Below are positions 1-12,276 of a DNA stretch of 64,000 bases, piece after piece. How positions within the stretch are numbered: the first letter of the stretch is position 1; each line of letters begins with the position of its first letter. The translations under genes were made by a program, and so were the position numbers. Origin of the DNA: Azolla caroliniana. Its lineage: Eukaryota > Plantae > Polypodiophyta. The notes below the pieces were generated by a model, which saw nothing but the letters and a program-made list of their open reading frames with translations, was not told the origin of the DNA and made no database searches. The stretch is from the NCBI GenBank assembly GCA_043228905.1, contig JBHGNT010000077.1, forward strand, positions 1 to 64,000, in the 5' to 3' direction.

Positions 1-1348
1 ACGATGGGATGGACCCGGAGAGATGATTGTGCGAGAGGGCAAGGCATTCTAGGTTCACGAGCTTCCCAATGTCTTCGGGGATTGATCCAGACAGATTGTT
101 TGACCCAAGGTTGAGCGTGGTGAGCTGCGTGCATGACTTGAAAAGCTCGACAGGGATAGGACCTTCTAGATTGTTCCCATTCAGGAATAATACTTGTAAG
201 TTGGTGAGCGCCCCGACCGAGTCAGGGATCGGTCCTGATAGTTGGTTGAAACTTAAACCTAGGTGTTGAAGAGATGTGTTATTGTAAGCATTTGTGAATC
301 CTAAGAGGCCACCAACGATAAAGTTTTCACTGGCATCGAATCCGAGCAAAGAGCTCAAATTCCAAATCTCGTGTGGTATGGTCCCAGTGATATTGTTCCC
401 GGCTAGCTCGACAGTGACAAGGGGAAGATTCCCTAAGTAAGATGGTATAACCCCATATATCTGGTTGTCATTCAGGTGTATCTCCGTGAGATTTGTACAC
501 TCTTGGAAGGCATTATCCAAGGTACCCATGAAGTGATTGCTTTGTAGATACAAGGCTTGAAGACCTCTAGCATTGCAAAGTTCAGGAGGAACAGGACCGA
601 TGAGTTGGTTTTCTTCGAGGGATAAGGTCGTTAGCGAGGAACAGTTGCCAATGTGCGGGATAAGTTGTCCTGTGAATCGGTTACCCCCGAGGAGGATGGT
701 GTCGACAAGGCCCCATGTTCCAATCCATTCTGGGATTGGTCCAGAGAGTAGATTTCCCTCAGCTGAGAATGCAACAATTGAGCCTCCAAGGTTTGCAAAT
801 GATGCTGGGATGAGCCCTGAGAGAGCATTGAAGGAGAGCAAGAGAGTGGTCAAATGTGTGCAATTCCCAAGAGCTGAGGGTATGGATCCATTGAACTGGT
901 TGTCAGCCATATTGAGCATCTTAATGTTGTGGAGGTTTCCGAGAGTGTCGGGAATGGGGCCATACAATAGGTTGGAGCTCAAATCCAGGACAACCAAGTG
1001 CGGTAGACCGAATGCGAAATTGTGTGAAAGAGGGCCTTTGAGATTCTTGCCATTGAGTTGGAGAGAGGTAACCACCATGGAAGAGGAGGAAGGTGATTGG
1101 CGCGAGCATTTCACACCTGTCCATGTGCACACTACTGATTGATTATTGCTGCTAATCTCCACCCAATCTGGAAGAGCATCATCACCTTGCTCTAGGTTGT
1201 GCTTGAAAGATAATAGGGCTTCTATCTCTAGGGAATTTGTGTGATTAGTAATAATGTTAGTATTTTGAGGTTGAGCTCCATCAATATGTGGTATGTTGTA
1301 AGTGATGAGATTAAGTATAATAAGAAGAAGGTAAAAAGATGTAGCCAT
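1..1348 (-). CDS. EMS1: EMS1/EXS-like LRR receptor-like kinase, N-terminal ectodomain; runs off the left edge of the window
   Basis: Open frame from ATG at 1348 (absent from the ORF track because it has no stop in the window). It encodes a signal peptide (MATSFYLLLIILNLI), an LRRNT cap (CTWTGVKC) and plant LRRs. The run LLSFNALSG..FSAEGNLLSGPIPEWIGTW..LGGNRFTG..PPELCN..LGNLPLVTVEL..LTTLNLGSNNLSG..LECLALSHNHLSGSIPS follows the EMS1 LRR order as I recall it, up to the island domain. The kinase domain is outside the window. Confidence 0.8.
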   Translation of the reverse strand, partial: MATSFYLLLIILNLITYNIPHIDGAQPQNTNIITNHTNSLEIEALLSFKHNLEQGDDALPDWVEISSNNQSVVCTWTGVKCSRQSPSSSSMVVTSLQLNGKNLKGPLSHNFAFGLPHLVVLDLSSNLLYGPIPDTLGNLHNIKMLNMADNQFNGSIPSALGNCTHLTTLLLSFNALSGLIPASFANLGGSIVAFSAEGNLLSGPIPEWIGTWGLVDTILLGGNRFTGQLIPHIGNCSSLTTLSLEENQLIGPVPPELCNARGLQALYLQSNHFMGTLDNAFQECTNLTEIHLNDNQIYGVIPSYLGNLPLVTVELAGNNITGTIPHEIWNLSSLLGFDASENFIVGGLLGFTNAYNNTSLQHLGLSFNQLSGPIPDSVGALTNLQVLFLNGNNLEGPIPVELFKSCTQLTTLNLGSNNLSGSIPEDIGKLVNLECLALSHNHLSGSIPS

Positions 1349-2996
1349 GGCTAGAAGCAAAGCAAGGATCTCCAACTTTTATAACAAATATGATTATATA
1401 TCTCATATGAGCTAAGCTCCCTCTCTTCCTTGTTTTTATTTCGTTGGACTCAATGAGGAAGTAGTAGTAGTAATGTTGATGGGTTTCTTAATGCTTTGTG
1501 GATTCATCACTTTTATAACTCATACATGGTATAACAGTATAGCACCTCATTTCCGATCACCAAGTTTTGACAAATTGAGTTGTATTCGATCATAGCCTAA
1601 CTCAACTGGTGGTGGTTAGTGAGTTGAAGCTGGGGCTATGTAGAGACAAATTGTATAGGATTGAGATTTGGTACCATAATGAATCAATAAGATTGGATCT
1701 CAATCGTATTTATGGGTGGTTAAAAGTAGGGTGCTAATAAGTGTCCCAATGTGGAGGTGCTTAAATTGTCCCAGGGAGCCTCCTCAAAAAAATAAAGTCT
1801 ACTTGTGTAGCATAAATATTATGTAGTGAAGAGTGTGCCAATTGGATGTTGGGCCTAAAAAGGGGGGGGCTATTGAAAAGCAGTTTATCTTTCCAAAAAT
1901 TCGCTGTATGCATAGTGAACCTTGGGAACACACACAAATCTCTCACACATAAAACCTTACAGAATGCTTTTTCTGATCAATAATTGCTGCTGCTGCTTTT
2001 TCTTTCTTTGTTGTGTCATAAAAAAGAAGAAGAAGAAGAGAGTACACTCACACTCTGGTTTGTCTTCTTTTGTTGGTTGGCTGGTGTTGGCCCGTGGAAT
2101 CGAATTGAATTTGTAAAGAGCGCACACACACACACACACACACGTGAGATGATGACCACCCTTTAATGAATGAAATCCTGCCCTTTTCTGGCTTTCTTAA
2201 TCCCAACATTTATTTTGATGAGTGGGTGCACATTACCTTGGAAGGCATACATGTCTCCTGCCATGGAATTAACTCCTCCTCCCTACTACCCATGTTCCCC
2301 TTCTCGCCTAAACATTGGTTTCATGACTTCCCATTATCGATTCACCTCCACTAGAGACCCGAATTCACCCGTGGTACTAGGTAATCCTTTATGGTTTTTA
2401 ATAAATTGATTGCACCACCTTGTGATTTTGTTTTATTTCGTTTTCATAACAAACAAATGCCTCCTATATGTAGTAGGTTACTATCTTGAAGAGGGGAAAT
2501 GAGAAAGCTCATAAATGAATGAAGAATATCTGATCCACGTAACTACCACGAGGCAGAGGTGGCAACGTGGGATAAGTTGCAAATTATGTCCCAAGTTTCT
2601 AGGTCCATTGCTCAAAGAATAATAAGATCCCCAATATGTATCCTTGTCGTTAAAATGTAAACCTACAACCTTGAATGTGCATACATGTATTAGGAATGCA
2701 ACCTGTTGACCATGCCTACCTCATTCGAAAAGAGATGTGTCTCTCATGGTTTGACGATGGATATATTTGCTTGTCCTTGGCTCTTCCAAGCTATTGATGC
2801 TAATGAAGAACAAACAAAGTGGAGATGTATAGGAAATCAATGTAGAATCCATGGTGGTTACCTTGGTCCTTGGCTAATGATGATGTCCATTCACGATTTC
2901 CAAGGCGATAAACATAGAGAACAATTCAATGATTGTAATGATTAATGTCCATTATTTTTGCATTGCACTCTACGAATGCTTTTGAGGAAAACATGT

Positions 2997-3205
2997 TCTT
3001 GAGATAGTTGACGCTAGGGTTCCTTTGTGACGAACAATAAATAAGTGAGATTCAACCGATTGCATCAAATTGATACATTCAAGTTTTCAACTATGATTTT
3101 GACTTGAGATAGTTGACGCTAGACCTCCTTAGTGATGAACGGTAAATTAATGAGATTCAATCGATTGCATCAAATTGATACATTCAACTATAAATTTGAC
3201 TTGAG
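2997..3205. repeat. Imperfect tandem duplication, unit about 105 bp
   Basis: TTGAGATAGTTGACGCTAG...GATTGCATCAAATTGATACATTCAA occurs twice in tandem. Confidence 0.8.
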
Positions 3206-5596
3206 AAGACTTAATTCTCCAAGAACAAAGAGAGTTGTTATTTTGACCTTTGTGTATATTGAAAATAATCTCTAAAAATATGTGCACACTTTTGGGTGTA
3301 AGTATATCATTAGTTAAAATATTTGTTTATGAGTTCACATACTTCATGTTAATTTTGGGCGCTTTAAAAAAAGGATACTTCTCAAATGTAAAAAATTTCA
3401 AGTTTTAACCTAATTTTTGTTAATGTTGTATATGTGTGCAAGAGCATTTGAAATAGAGTAAAAGTAAGTGTTTTTTTCCAGAATCCAAGGAAGTATTTTG
3501 ATCATTGTCTTTTATGTGAAACATTACTCATTCCTAATGCAATTGTGCTTTTGTTAATACAATTAATTAACCTTAAAAAATAGTGGAATTATCAAAATAT
3601 AGAAATATTTAACTCAATATAACTTGGGTTATGTTATTGTTAAATCCAAAACTATTGGCATGATGCTTCTAAATTAAGAAACGGCCTTATCCAATTTCGA
3701 TTTCCTACCCAACATGATATTGACATGTTCCATATGCACAAGATGATAACTTAGGGCCATCATATGACCACGAACCTCCAATTTGACATTTCTCGATTGC
3801 ATATGTGGTCCTTGGTTCTACTATGTGGTCCAGAAACTTGACAATGCGGCTAAAACAAATCGTGTGGTTTGTGATCTTGTTGCCAAGACAAAGAAAGCAA
3901 ACAACATTTATGCACGAGATCATCATGACTTTTGTAGTCTTATACTTCAAAAAAAGAACTCAACGTGAAGTAATTGGACGAGGTGAACAAACCTTCCCTT
4001 AGAACATCCTCATCTTTGCTACCCTAAGACTATCATGGAAAATACAACAAATCCATTTACTGTTATAAAAGCGTTTTCTAGGACCCCCAAATACTAATGT
4101 TTATGAAATCAAACTGACCTAATCCATTTTGCTACAATATTTCAATAATGAATTTAATGCTGCAAAGTGCAAGCTATATGATTACAATATCATCTTTATA
4201 TATTTAAAGTTTAGAATTTCAAAGACTAGTAATATAAGGTATGATGTATAAAGGCAATTATTCCACACGGTGCTTTAGCATCAATGCATTGTTGAAACTT
4301 AGTGAATGGCAAATGTAGTTAACAAGGAACTTAATTGTGAGTAATTATTACTCTAAATAGAATGAGTAAAATGTATTTATTGTTGCAATAGAAGTGTCTC
4401 ACAATGTTTTTAGCATTCTAATTAGTTGCATTCTAATTAGTGAAGTGGAATTTCCATGGAGAATCATTATACATAGCATTAGAATATTAAGGGAGGACAT
4501 CCTAACATAATTGGATGATAGTAGGGAAAATACACTTATTGACCGTGGTATACATTGGCAAGGTTTTAAATGATTCAATTTAGTATTAAAATTATTGCTA
4601 GTGCCAAAGATAACATTGATCTTTTCTTTTCTTTTTTAGTAGAATGTTTGATTGAGACAAAATCAAATTCAAAGTTCTAATCTTGATGATAACTCTCTTG
4701 TTCTTCTCTTTCTCTTCCACTCTCTCTTCTTCATCGTCACCTTCTTACTTGCTAGTATTCTCCCTATTCCTAATCAATTCCTTGAACTCTCACGTTCTCT
4801 GTTTTATATGCACTACATTTAAAGGTTAAACTTATCATCTTCAATGCTAGTATTGTGGAATGTCAATGTTGCAAATAATTGTTCTTGAGCAAACTTGACA
4901 ATGTGCATGATGTCATGAAGAGTTTTGCACTTTGTTGGTGGCATTAGATGAAGACAATGCTTTCACATTGTGCTTTAGTACATAACTTTTTTTTGTATGT
5001 CAATGCTCACTAGACTTCTATTGTAATCTATTCCCTTGGTTGATGTGTTACTTATATTCTCTTATACTCTTATATTTTACTATGATGGTATACAAATCTT
5101 CGAAAAGTACAGGGATTGCATTGGAACTACTAAATACCTTCCCCCCCCCCCCCCCCCCCCCCCCCAACCTGACCATAGCTCTTCATGTCTTACCAAAATG
5201 GGGCCTTAAATTTTCGTACCTAGATGTTGGCATATATTTATGAGTACATGTTTGTATTTATATGCACGTTACAAGCTTATATTTTTACAATATGCCAAAA
5301 TATATGCTTCAATTATCTTTTACATACCCACATAAGGGATTATGTTTTTTTTGTCTTTGTACAGGGTAATGTTTTTATGTCCTCATGAGTGCATTTGTTC
5401 AGACAAGCTTGCATATACATAAGTCTACATAATGCTATGTATTGAAGATGTAGATATTGAGAAGCTTTAGAAGGCCCCAACTTGTCTACAAAAAGCCAAA
5501 GTAAGAAGAAGAAGAATGTTCAAAGAGCCAAGATGAAGAGCATTCATAACATTACGAGTTGCTTATATTAGCTCCATGTAATCACTCTTGACTTTG

Positions 5597-5655
<59 letters not shown>
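5597..5655. repeat. (CT)n(CA)n compound microsatellite
   Basis: Directly visible in the sequence. Confidence 0.95.
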
Positions 5656-6715
5656 TATGTTTACATACTTTATCCTCTAAATTCAAAGTTTATTTAGTAT
5701 TACATTTGTATTATTTAAATTTATAGGTAGTAACATTACTCTTCCTTCCATTTGAGGCTCATGTCAACCCACCGAGAAGCCAAGGTTATTCTTTTAAATA
5801 ATAGCATGCAGACACACAACTATGTATAACCACACAATCCATGTTTTTATTTTCATTTATGCTTACATATGCTCAACCATGTCCACCTCTTGCCTTAGGG
5901 TTACATGAACAAATTTTGCAAAAAATGCCCATAGAGTTTCTCCAAACTTTGTTACATCAAATAGTCTGACAAATATCATGTCTTAACTTCTCACTCACAT
6001 ATTGTAGCAAAGGGTATGTTTACCTCACCTCACACACTTGTGCTCTAGCAAAGAGCATGTCCCGTTCTTCACCATTTGCTTTCTACCAAAGAATAAGTGT
6101 GCCCCTTTCCCCAATAATGGCATTCCCAACTCACCTCGAAGAACACAAATTTTGGAAGATGGATACCAACTTATTTTCTAGAGCAAAATGTGGATAATTA
6201 GTCAAAACATTCCAAGTTAATGAAACTACTCTCGTGGCAATTGATAAGCCACTCTCCTTGATGAGATCAACCTGAAGCTTCACAAACACAATACAAAATA
6301 TCATATCATATGAACAATTCTTTTGGAAAAACCTACTATGATTAAGCAAACCGAAGTGGTCATGACTTGGTTGTATCACATGCAAAAAATGGCAAATGAT
6401 GTTCTAAGATTGCATTGTAGCATGATTTGGAAGTGTATGTAGAATAGTTCCATATTTTCTATTGTTCATTCTTCATACATTATAGTGTTTCATGTAAATG
6501 TCTTGCAACTTGGGTAACTTGGTTGGAAAGAAAGGTGTAGATTGTTGTCTTATATATCAGAGTTCACTTCTTATATGGATAGTCTCATTAGTTGTCATAA
6601 CTTAGAAAATATCATTTTATGATATAACAATTATTTATTTTACAATTTAAGCTTCTAATATCCATATACATATATTGTAAATAAGGTTTGTTTCCTTCAC
6701 AGTTGGAAATGTTAT

Positions 6716-6823
6716 AGTATTTTATTTTGTTGATTGGCATGTGTCATAGTAGCTTAAAGCCCTACAACAAGTTGAAGTATTTTACTTTGTTGATCGGCAT
6801 GTCTCATGGTAGCTTAAAGCCCA
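6716..6823. repeat. Tandem duplication, unit about 60 bp
   Basis: AGTATTTTA.TTTGTTGAT.GGCATGT.TCAT.GTAGCTTAAAGCCC occurs twice. Confidence 0.8.
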
Positions 6824-8787
6824 TGCATGATTTTGTAGTTCTCTCACACAAGTTAGTCAATGAGAGTATTGAATTATGTGCATGTGGGTGAAAGAGATGT
6901 ACAACTACAACAAGTTGGACCTATGGATGACCTCCTTTGAGCAACTAATTGGATCCAAGCATAGTGAATCTGAGGGCATTTGAGCAATAGAGATGTGTGG
7001 AGGTGGGATCCAAGTTTCACATCCTTAGTTAAGATAGATAGATAGATAGATAGATATAAATATTCGTGGCATGATTTAGGTCATTTAGCGATTTAGTTCA
7101 TGCACACTGCCCAATCTTTAATTTTGTGACTTTTCTCTCTTTTGCTAAAACAAGAACCTCTTGCAACTTTATAACCTTATCTTTCAAGTAGGAATGGACT
7201 TTCATCCTATCATTTTAATGTCCTGCGCAAATCTTTCTTCGAAAGCAACTTCTAAAAACCTAAAAGAAAAGAGCGCAACTTTAACTCCGAGACAAATGAA
7301 CCCTGATGTAAAGTTGTGAAGCTATAAATATAAAATGCATATGCATGCTGAATAATATGGTCCTCTTGCAATATACCCATAATTATAATATTACAAGTGT
7401 CTCTATGGATTATTCATTGTGAATCCATATGTGGTTACATCAATTGTAACGAAAAATTGATCAGAGCATTAAAGATGTACATTACATTGCATCTCTTATC
7501 TCTAGACCTAACGAGAAGACCAATAATGGCAATAAAAAATGCAAGAGTAATGTTTTTCACAAACATTTGAAGAATAAAATTATTTGCTTTGTGCCATTTT
7601 TATCAACGTTGTGACTTCTATTGTTTGCTTTTCTAATTCATCTTTTATAGTTTCATGTTAACAAGATAACAAATTATAAACCAAACTTGTAAATTTTGTC
7701 GAAAAGAGAGGTATAGATTTTTCTCTCCTATTAATGTTTACATCTTATGTTGCCTCAACTGATAACCACAACTAGGAAGGTACCAAACTACATAATAATT
7801 TATTTATTTTCAAACTAAGACATTTGAAATACCTATATACACATTGGCCGAAGGGTTTGATTCCTTCATGAGTTGAAAATTATTTAATAATTTTACGTTG
7901 TTGTGCATGGTACATTCCTTGGTTGTGTACAATCCAAGATTCCAAGCTTACACATTCTTAGATGTGAGAGATACGTCCATATCCATAATTAGAGTTGATG
8001 CAAGGTTGATATAGAGCAAAATGTCTATATTACCATTCAAAGTCACTCGTAGATTTGATTTTTTGTAACAACCCATGCGCCATACACACACACACACACC
8101 ATGTTCGCATCCCTCGAATATCTTAATGTACATGCAACGTTCATGCTCAACCATAGACTCTTTGTTGTGGCATTCTAATAGAATGCCCCCAAAACATTTA
8201 TCACATATAACCATCTTGTCGCCCCTTCTAAATCCCAAAACACAAAATAACAATCAAAGTCTCATATAGTTTTGTAGATTATTCTAGAAAGCTCCACCCA
8301 TATCATGTAAGATTCCGGCGGTACAAAAAAATGTGACGGGGGTGGGTTAGATTTGTTGGAGTTGAGATGGAATGGTTGTAATGTGTTCATGTTTTACATC
8401 ATTTCCTAACTCCATGCACCTAGGAACTCAATGGTGTTGGTTGGGTTTTTACATCACCTTGTTAAAAAGAAAGTCTGAGGAAGAGAAAGAGATGGTATGG
8501 TGTCTTGGAGAAATGCCTTGCTTAATGAACATGGACCCAGGGGACATTTGGGAAATATTTTGGATTTCCCCCCTCACGTTGCCTGCTTCATCAGATTTTT
8601 GCTTCTTCTTCAATATTCAAGAAAGGAAAATGATACGCAGCAAGCAGGGCCGACCATCATTTGATAGGCAACTCGGCTAATCTCTCTTTAAGTTTCTTGC
8701 ATTGTGGTGGCAGACAATTAGAGGTATGAAAATCTTCCTGACACAGTTTCTTTGTATATATGCATCGAGATATCTTCACGGATTGGT

Positions 8788-11700
8788 ATGGTTGGTCTCA
8801 GTAGAAGACTATTGATGATGTCAAGATCCCAAAGCCACTATGCCCTCATTGGGAAAGAGAAGAATGAAAAGTATACCACCACCACCACCACAACTACTAC
8901 TAATGAAACTTGTTATGCCAAGGAAGGTATTCATTATGTAGCCTTACTGAAAGAGTGTGCGAAAAGGAAGGACCTCAAGAAGGGCATGTCTATACACATC
9001 GATGTTTTGAACAAGGATTTGCTAAGAAAGAGCCCTTATGTTGGGAGCACATTAGTTAGTATGTATGCAAAGTGTGGTGCACTGGAAAAAGCACAGGAAG
9101 TGCTCGACGAGCTTCCATACCGGAATGTTATCTCTTGGTCTGCTCTTATTGCCGGCTATGCTGAGCATGAAGAAGGCCATAAAGTTTTCAACTGCATCGA
9201 ACAAATGCAAAGTGAGGGTCTTTCCCCAGATGCAGTCACTTTCACGGCCATGCTAAAGGCATGCGGGCGGACACGATCTATCGATAAGGGTCGTGAAATC
9301 CACGTTGAGATCGTGAACAAAGGGTTGCTTGGGAAAGATACAATTTTGGGCAATGCCCTCATGGACATGTATGCCAAATGTGGTGAGCTTTCAAAAGCAC
9401 GAGAAGTGTTGTATGAGCTTCCAGCCCGTGATATATTCTCGTGGAATGCATTAATCACAGGATACGTCCAACATGGGCAGTGTGAAAATGCGTTAGATTG
9501 TTATCGACAGATGCAAAACAATCACATTTCGCCTGATGTGGTGAGCTTTGTTTCCATCTTGAAGGCATGTGGCCTTGTACAAGCAGTTGATAAGGGAAAG
9601 GAAGTTCATCAGGAGATTATCGACAAGGGGTTTCTAGAAAAACATGCTGTACTTGGCAATGCTTTGGTAGATATGTATGCAAAATTTGGTGCACTAATGA
9701 AAGCACAACAAATACTTCATGAGCTTCCTGTTCAGGATGTCGTCTCTTGGAATGCATTAATTTCAGGATATGTTCTGAAAGGTCTAGGTGAAGAGGCATT
9801 GAACTGTTTTGAACAGATGCGATGTTATGGTCTTTCTCCAGATGCAATCACTTTTATATGCATTTTGAATGTGTGTGGCAGCCTAAGAGCACTTGACAAA
9901 GGCAAAAAAATCCATGATGAAATTGTTGAGAAGAGGTTATTAGAACAACATACTGCGCTCGGCAATGCTCTGTTGGACATGTATGCCAAATGTGGGGTCT
10001 TAACAAAAGCACAACAAGTTCTTGATGAGCTTCTTGTTCAAGATGTGGTTGCTTGGAATGCACTGATTACAGGATATGCTGAGCAAGGGAAGGGCGAATA
10101 TGCATTGCTTTGTTTTGAGCGAATGCAAAGTGATGGTCTGTGTCCCGACGTGACTACCTTCACTTGCATCTTAAAAGCTTGTGGCAGCTTGAGAGCAATT
10201 GAGAAGGGTAAACAGGTTCACAATGAGATCATTCATAAGCAGTTGCTAGAAAAACATGTCCCACTTGGAAATGCTCTTGTGGATATGTATGCTAAGTGTG
10301 GTGCCTTGGAAAAAGCACAAGAAGTGCTTGAAAGGCTTCCAGTTAGAGATGTTGTTTCATGGAATACACTAATTGCGGGATACGTTCAAGAGGGCCACTG
10401 TGAACGGGCATTGCAATGTTTTGAATGGATGAATAACGATGGCCTTTCTCCCGACGCCATTACATTTGTTTGTATACTGAAGGCATGTGATAAGAAGAAG
10501 GATCTCTCCAGAGGCAACAGTGTACATGCCGATATTATGAAGAGGGGTGGTTTACAATGTAGTCCTCACATAGGCAGGTCATTAGTTAGTATGTATGCTA
10601 AATGTGGTGCGTTAGGAAAAGCAGAACAAGTGCATGAGGAGCTTTCTATCCGGGATGTTGTCTCTTGGTCTGCACTTATTGCTGGATACACTGAGCAAGG
10701 ACAGGGTCAGGCAGCGATGCATTGCTTTGAAAGGATGCAAAATGAGGGTGTCATTGCAGATACAATCACCTTTGCTTGTGTTTTGAAGGCATGTGGTGAC
10801 ATAGGAGTTATTGAAATGGGTCAGCAAATTCATGGTGAGATTGCAAGTAAGGAATTGCTGGGAAAACCCACTATTCTCGGCTGTGCCCTGGTTGATATGT
10901 ATGCTAAATGTGGCGAGCTACACAGAGCACAATCAGTGTTTAGTGACCTTCTTGTTCGAGATGTCATTTCCTGGAACACATTGATTGAAGGCTATATTCA
11001 ACATGGACAGGATGCTGATGCCTTGAAATGTTTCGAGCACATGCAAAATGATGGTCTTCCTCCGAATGCAGTGACCTTCACATGTGCTGTGAAAGCATGT
11101 GGCTGTATGAGAGCTATTGAAAAAGGCAAACAATTTCATATTATCAGCAAAGGGTTTCTAGAAAAGAGCATTGAGCTTGGAAATTCTTTGGTGGGTATGT
11201 ATGCAAAATGTGGCGATTTAGAGAGAGCACAAGAAGTACTGAATGAGCTTCCTGTCAGGGATATTGTATCTTGGTCTGCCCTTATTGGAGGGTACATCCG
11301 CAAGGGGCATTGTGAAGATGCACTTATAGCCTTTGAATGCATGAAACATGATGGTATTTCTCCAAACATAATTACCTTCACTTGCATCTTGAAGGCATGT
11401 AGCATTATAGGAGAACTTGAGAAGGGCAAACAAATTCATGATGAGATTATTGATAAAGGGTTGGTGGGAAACAATATCAAGCTTGGCAATGCTTTGGTGG
11501 ATATGTATGCTAAGTGTGGTGCACTAGCAAAAGCACATCGAATTTTAGAGGAACTCCCAATAAGGGATGTAGTGTCTTGGTCTACACTCATTGCCGGATA
11601 TGCCCAACATGAACAAGGGGAAGATGCATTGAAATGTTTTGATCAAATGCAAACTGATGGACTTTTCCCAAATCCTATAACGTTTACGTACATATTGAAA

Positions 11701-12276
11701 GCATGTGGCAGCACTGGAGCAGTGGACAAGGGAAAAAAGTTCCATGATGAGCTCATGAGTCGAGGATTGTTAGATAATGATGTCTTTCTAGGTACAGCAT
11801 TGGTGGATATGTATGCCAAATATGGTGAAATGGAAAAGGCTCAGAAAACGTTCGACAAGCTGCTTATTCGAAGTGTAGTTACATGGAATGCGTTGATGTT
11901 GGGTTACGCTCAGCAAGGGCTCTATGAGGAAGCATTGAATTGTTTTGAGCAAATGCAAAATGAGGGAGTCACTCCAGATGCAGTAACATTTCTTTGTGTG
12001 TTGAGCACATGCGGTCATTCTGGCCTTGTGGATGAAGGCCAAATGCGGTTTCTGAAAATGAGAAGAGAGTATGGGGTGACGCCAGACATCCAACACCATA
12101 CTTGCATGGTTGATCTTTTTGGGTGCGCTGGAATGTTTGACGAAGCAATCGCAGTGATTAGGGAGATGCCATCCTCTTCCGACTATGTGCTCTGGTGTAC
12201 TTTGTTAGGGGCATGCCAAAAGTGGGGTAATTTTGAGCTTGGAAGGCTGGCCTTTGAACAAGCAGCCAAAACCTGA
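8788..12276 (+). CDS. Intronless PLS-class pentatricopeptide repeat protein (organellar RNA editing factor type), ending in E1 with no DYW domain
   Basis: Ten S motifs (MYAK[C/F/Y]G) in P-L-S triplets, then P2-L2-S2 (VVTWNALMLGY / VTFLCVLSTCGHSG / HHTCMVDLFG) and E1 (LWCTLLGACQKWG). The first ATG at 8788 gives an Arg/Ser-rich N-terminus (MVGLSRRLLMMSRSQ) resembling a targeting peptide. Confidence 0.95.
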   Translation: MVGLSRRLLMMSRSQSHYALIGKEKNEKYTTTTTTTTTNETCYAKEGIHYVALLKECAKRKDLKKGMSIHIDVLNKDLLRKSPYVGSTLVSMYAKCGALEKAQEVLDELPYRNVISWSALIAGYAEHEEGHKVFNCIEQMQSEGLSPDAVTFTAMLKACGRTRSIDKGREIHVEIVNKGLLGKDTILGNALMDMYAKCGELSKAREVLYELPARDIFSWNALITGYVQHGQCENALDCYRQMQNNHISPDVVSFVSILKACGLVQAVDKGKEVHQEIIDKGFLEKHAVLGNALVDMYAKFGALMKAQQILHELPVQDVVSWNALISGYVLKGLGEEALNCFEQMRCYGLSPDAITFICILNVCGSLRALDKGKKIHDEIVEKRLLEQHTALGNALLDMYAKCGVLTKAQQVLDELLVQDVVAWNALITGYAEQGKGEYALLCFERMQSDGLCPDVTTFTCILKACGSLRAIEKGKQVHNEIIHKQLLEKHVPLGNALVDMYAKCGALEKAQEVLERLPVRDVVSWNTLIAGYVQEGHCERALQCFEWMNNDGLSPDAITFVCILKACDKKKDLSRGNSVHADIMKRGGLQCSPHIGRSLVSMYAKCGALGKAEQVHEELSIRDVVSWSALIAGYTEQGQGQAAMHCFERMQNEGVIADTITFACVLKACGDIGVIEMGQQIHGEIASKELLGKPTILGCALVDMYAKCGELHRAQSVFSDLLVRDVISWNTLIEGYIQHGQDADALKCFEHMQNDGLPPNAVTFTCAVKACGCMRAIEKGKQFHIISKGFLEKSIELGNSLVGMYAKCGDLERAQEVLNELPVRDIVSWSALIGGYIRKGHCEDALIAFECMKHDGISPNIITFTCILKACSIIGELEKGKQIHDEIIDKGLVGNNIKLGNALVDMYAKCGALAKAHRILEELPIRDVVSWSTLIAGYAQHEQGEDALKCFDQMQTDGLFPNPITFTYILKACGSTGAVDKGKKFHDELMSRGLLDNDVFLGTALVDMYAKYGEMEKAQKTFDKLLIRSVVTWNALMLGYAQQGLYEEALNCFEQMQNEGVTPDAVTFLCVLSTCGHSGLVDEGQMRFLKMRREYGVTPDIQHHTCMVDLFGCAGMFDEAIAVIREMPSSSDYVLWCTLLGACQKWGNFELGRLAFEQAAKT

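Noticed and set aside
27-1142. Plus-strand ORFs 27-269 and 573-1142
   Set aside because: They are antisense shadows of the LRR coding frame.
5141-5165. Poly-C run (also poly-G near 32768 and 36889)
   Set aside because: Simple homopolymers whose length is unreliable and which have no supporting context.
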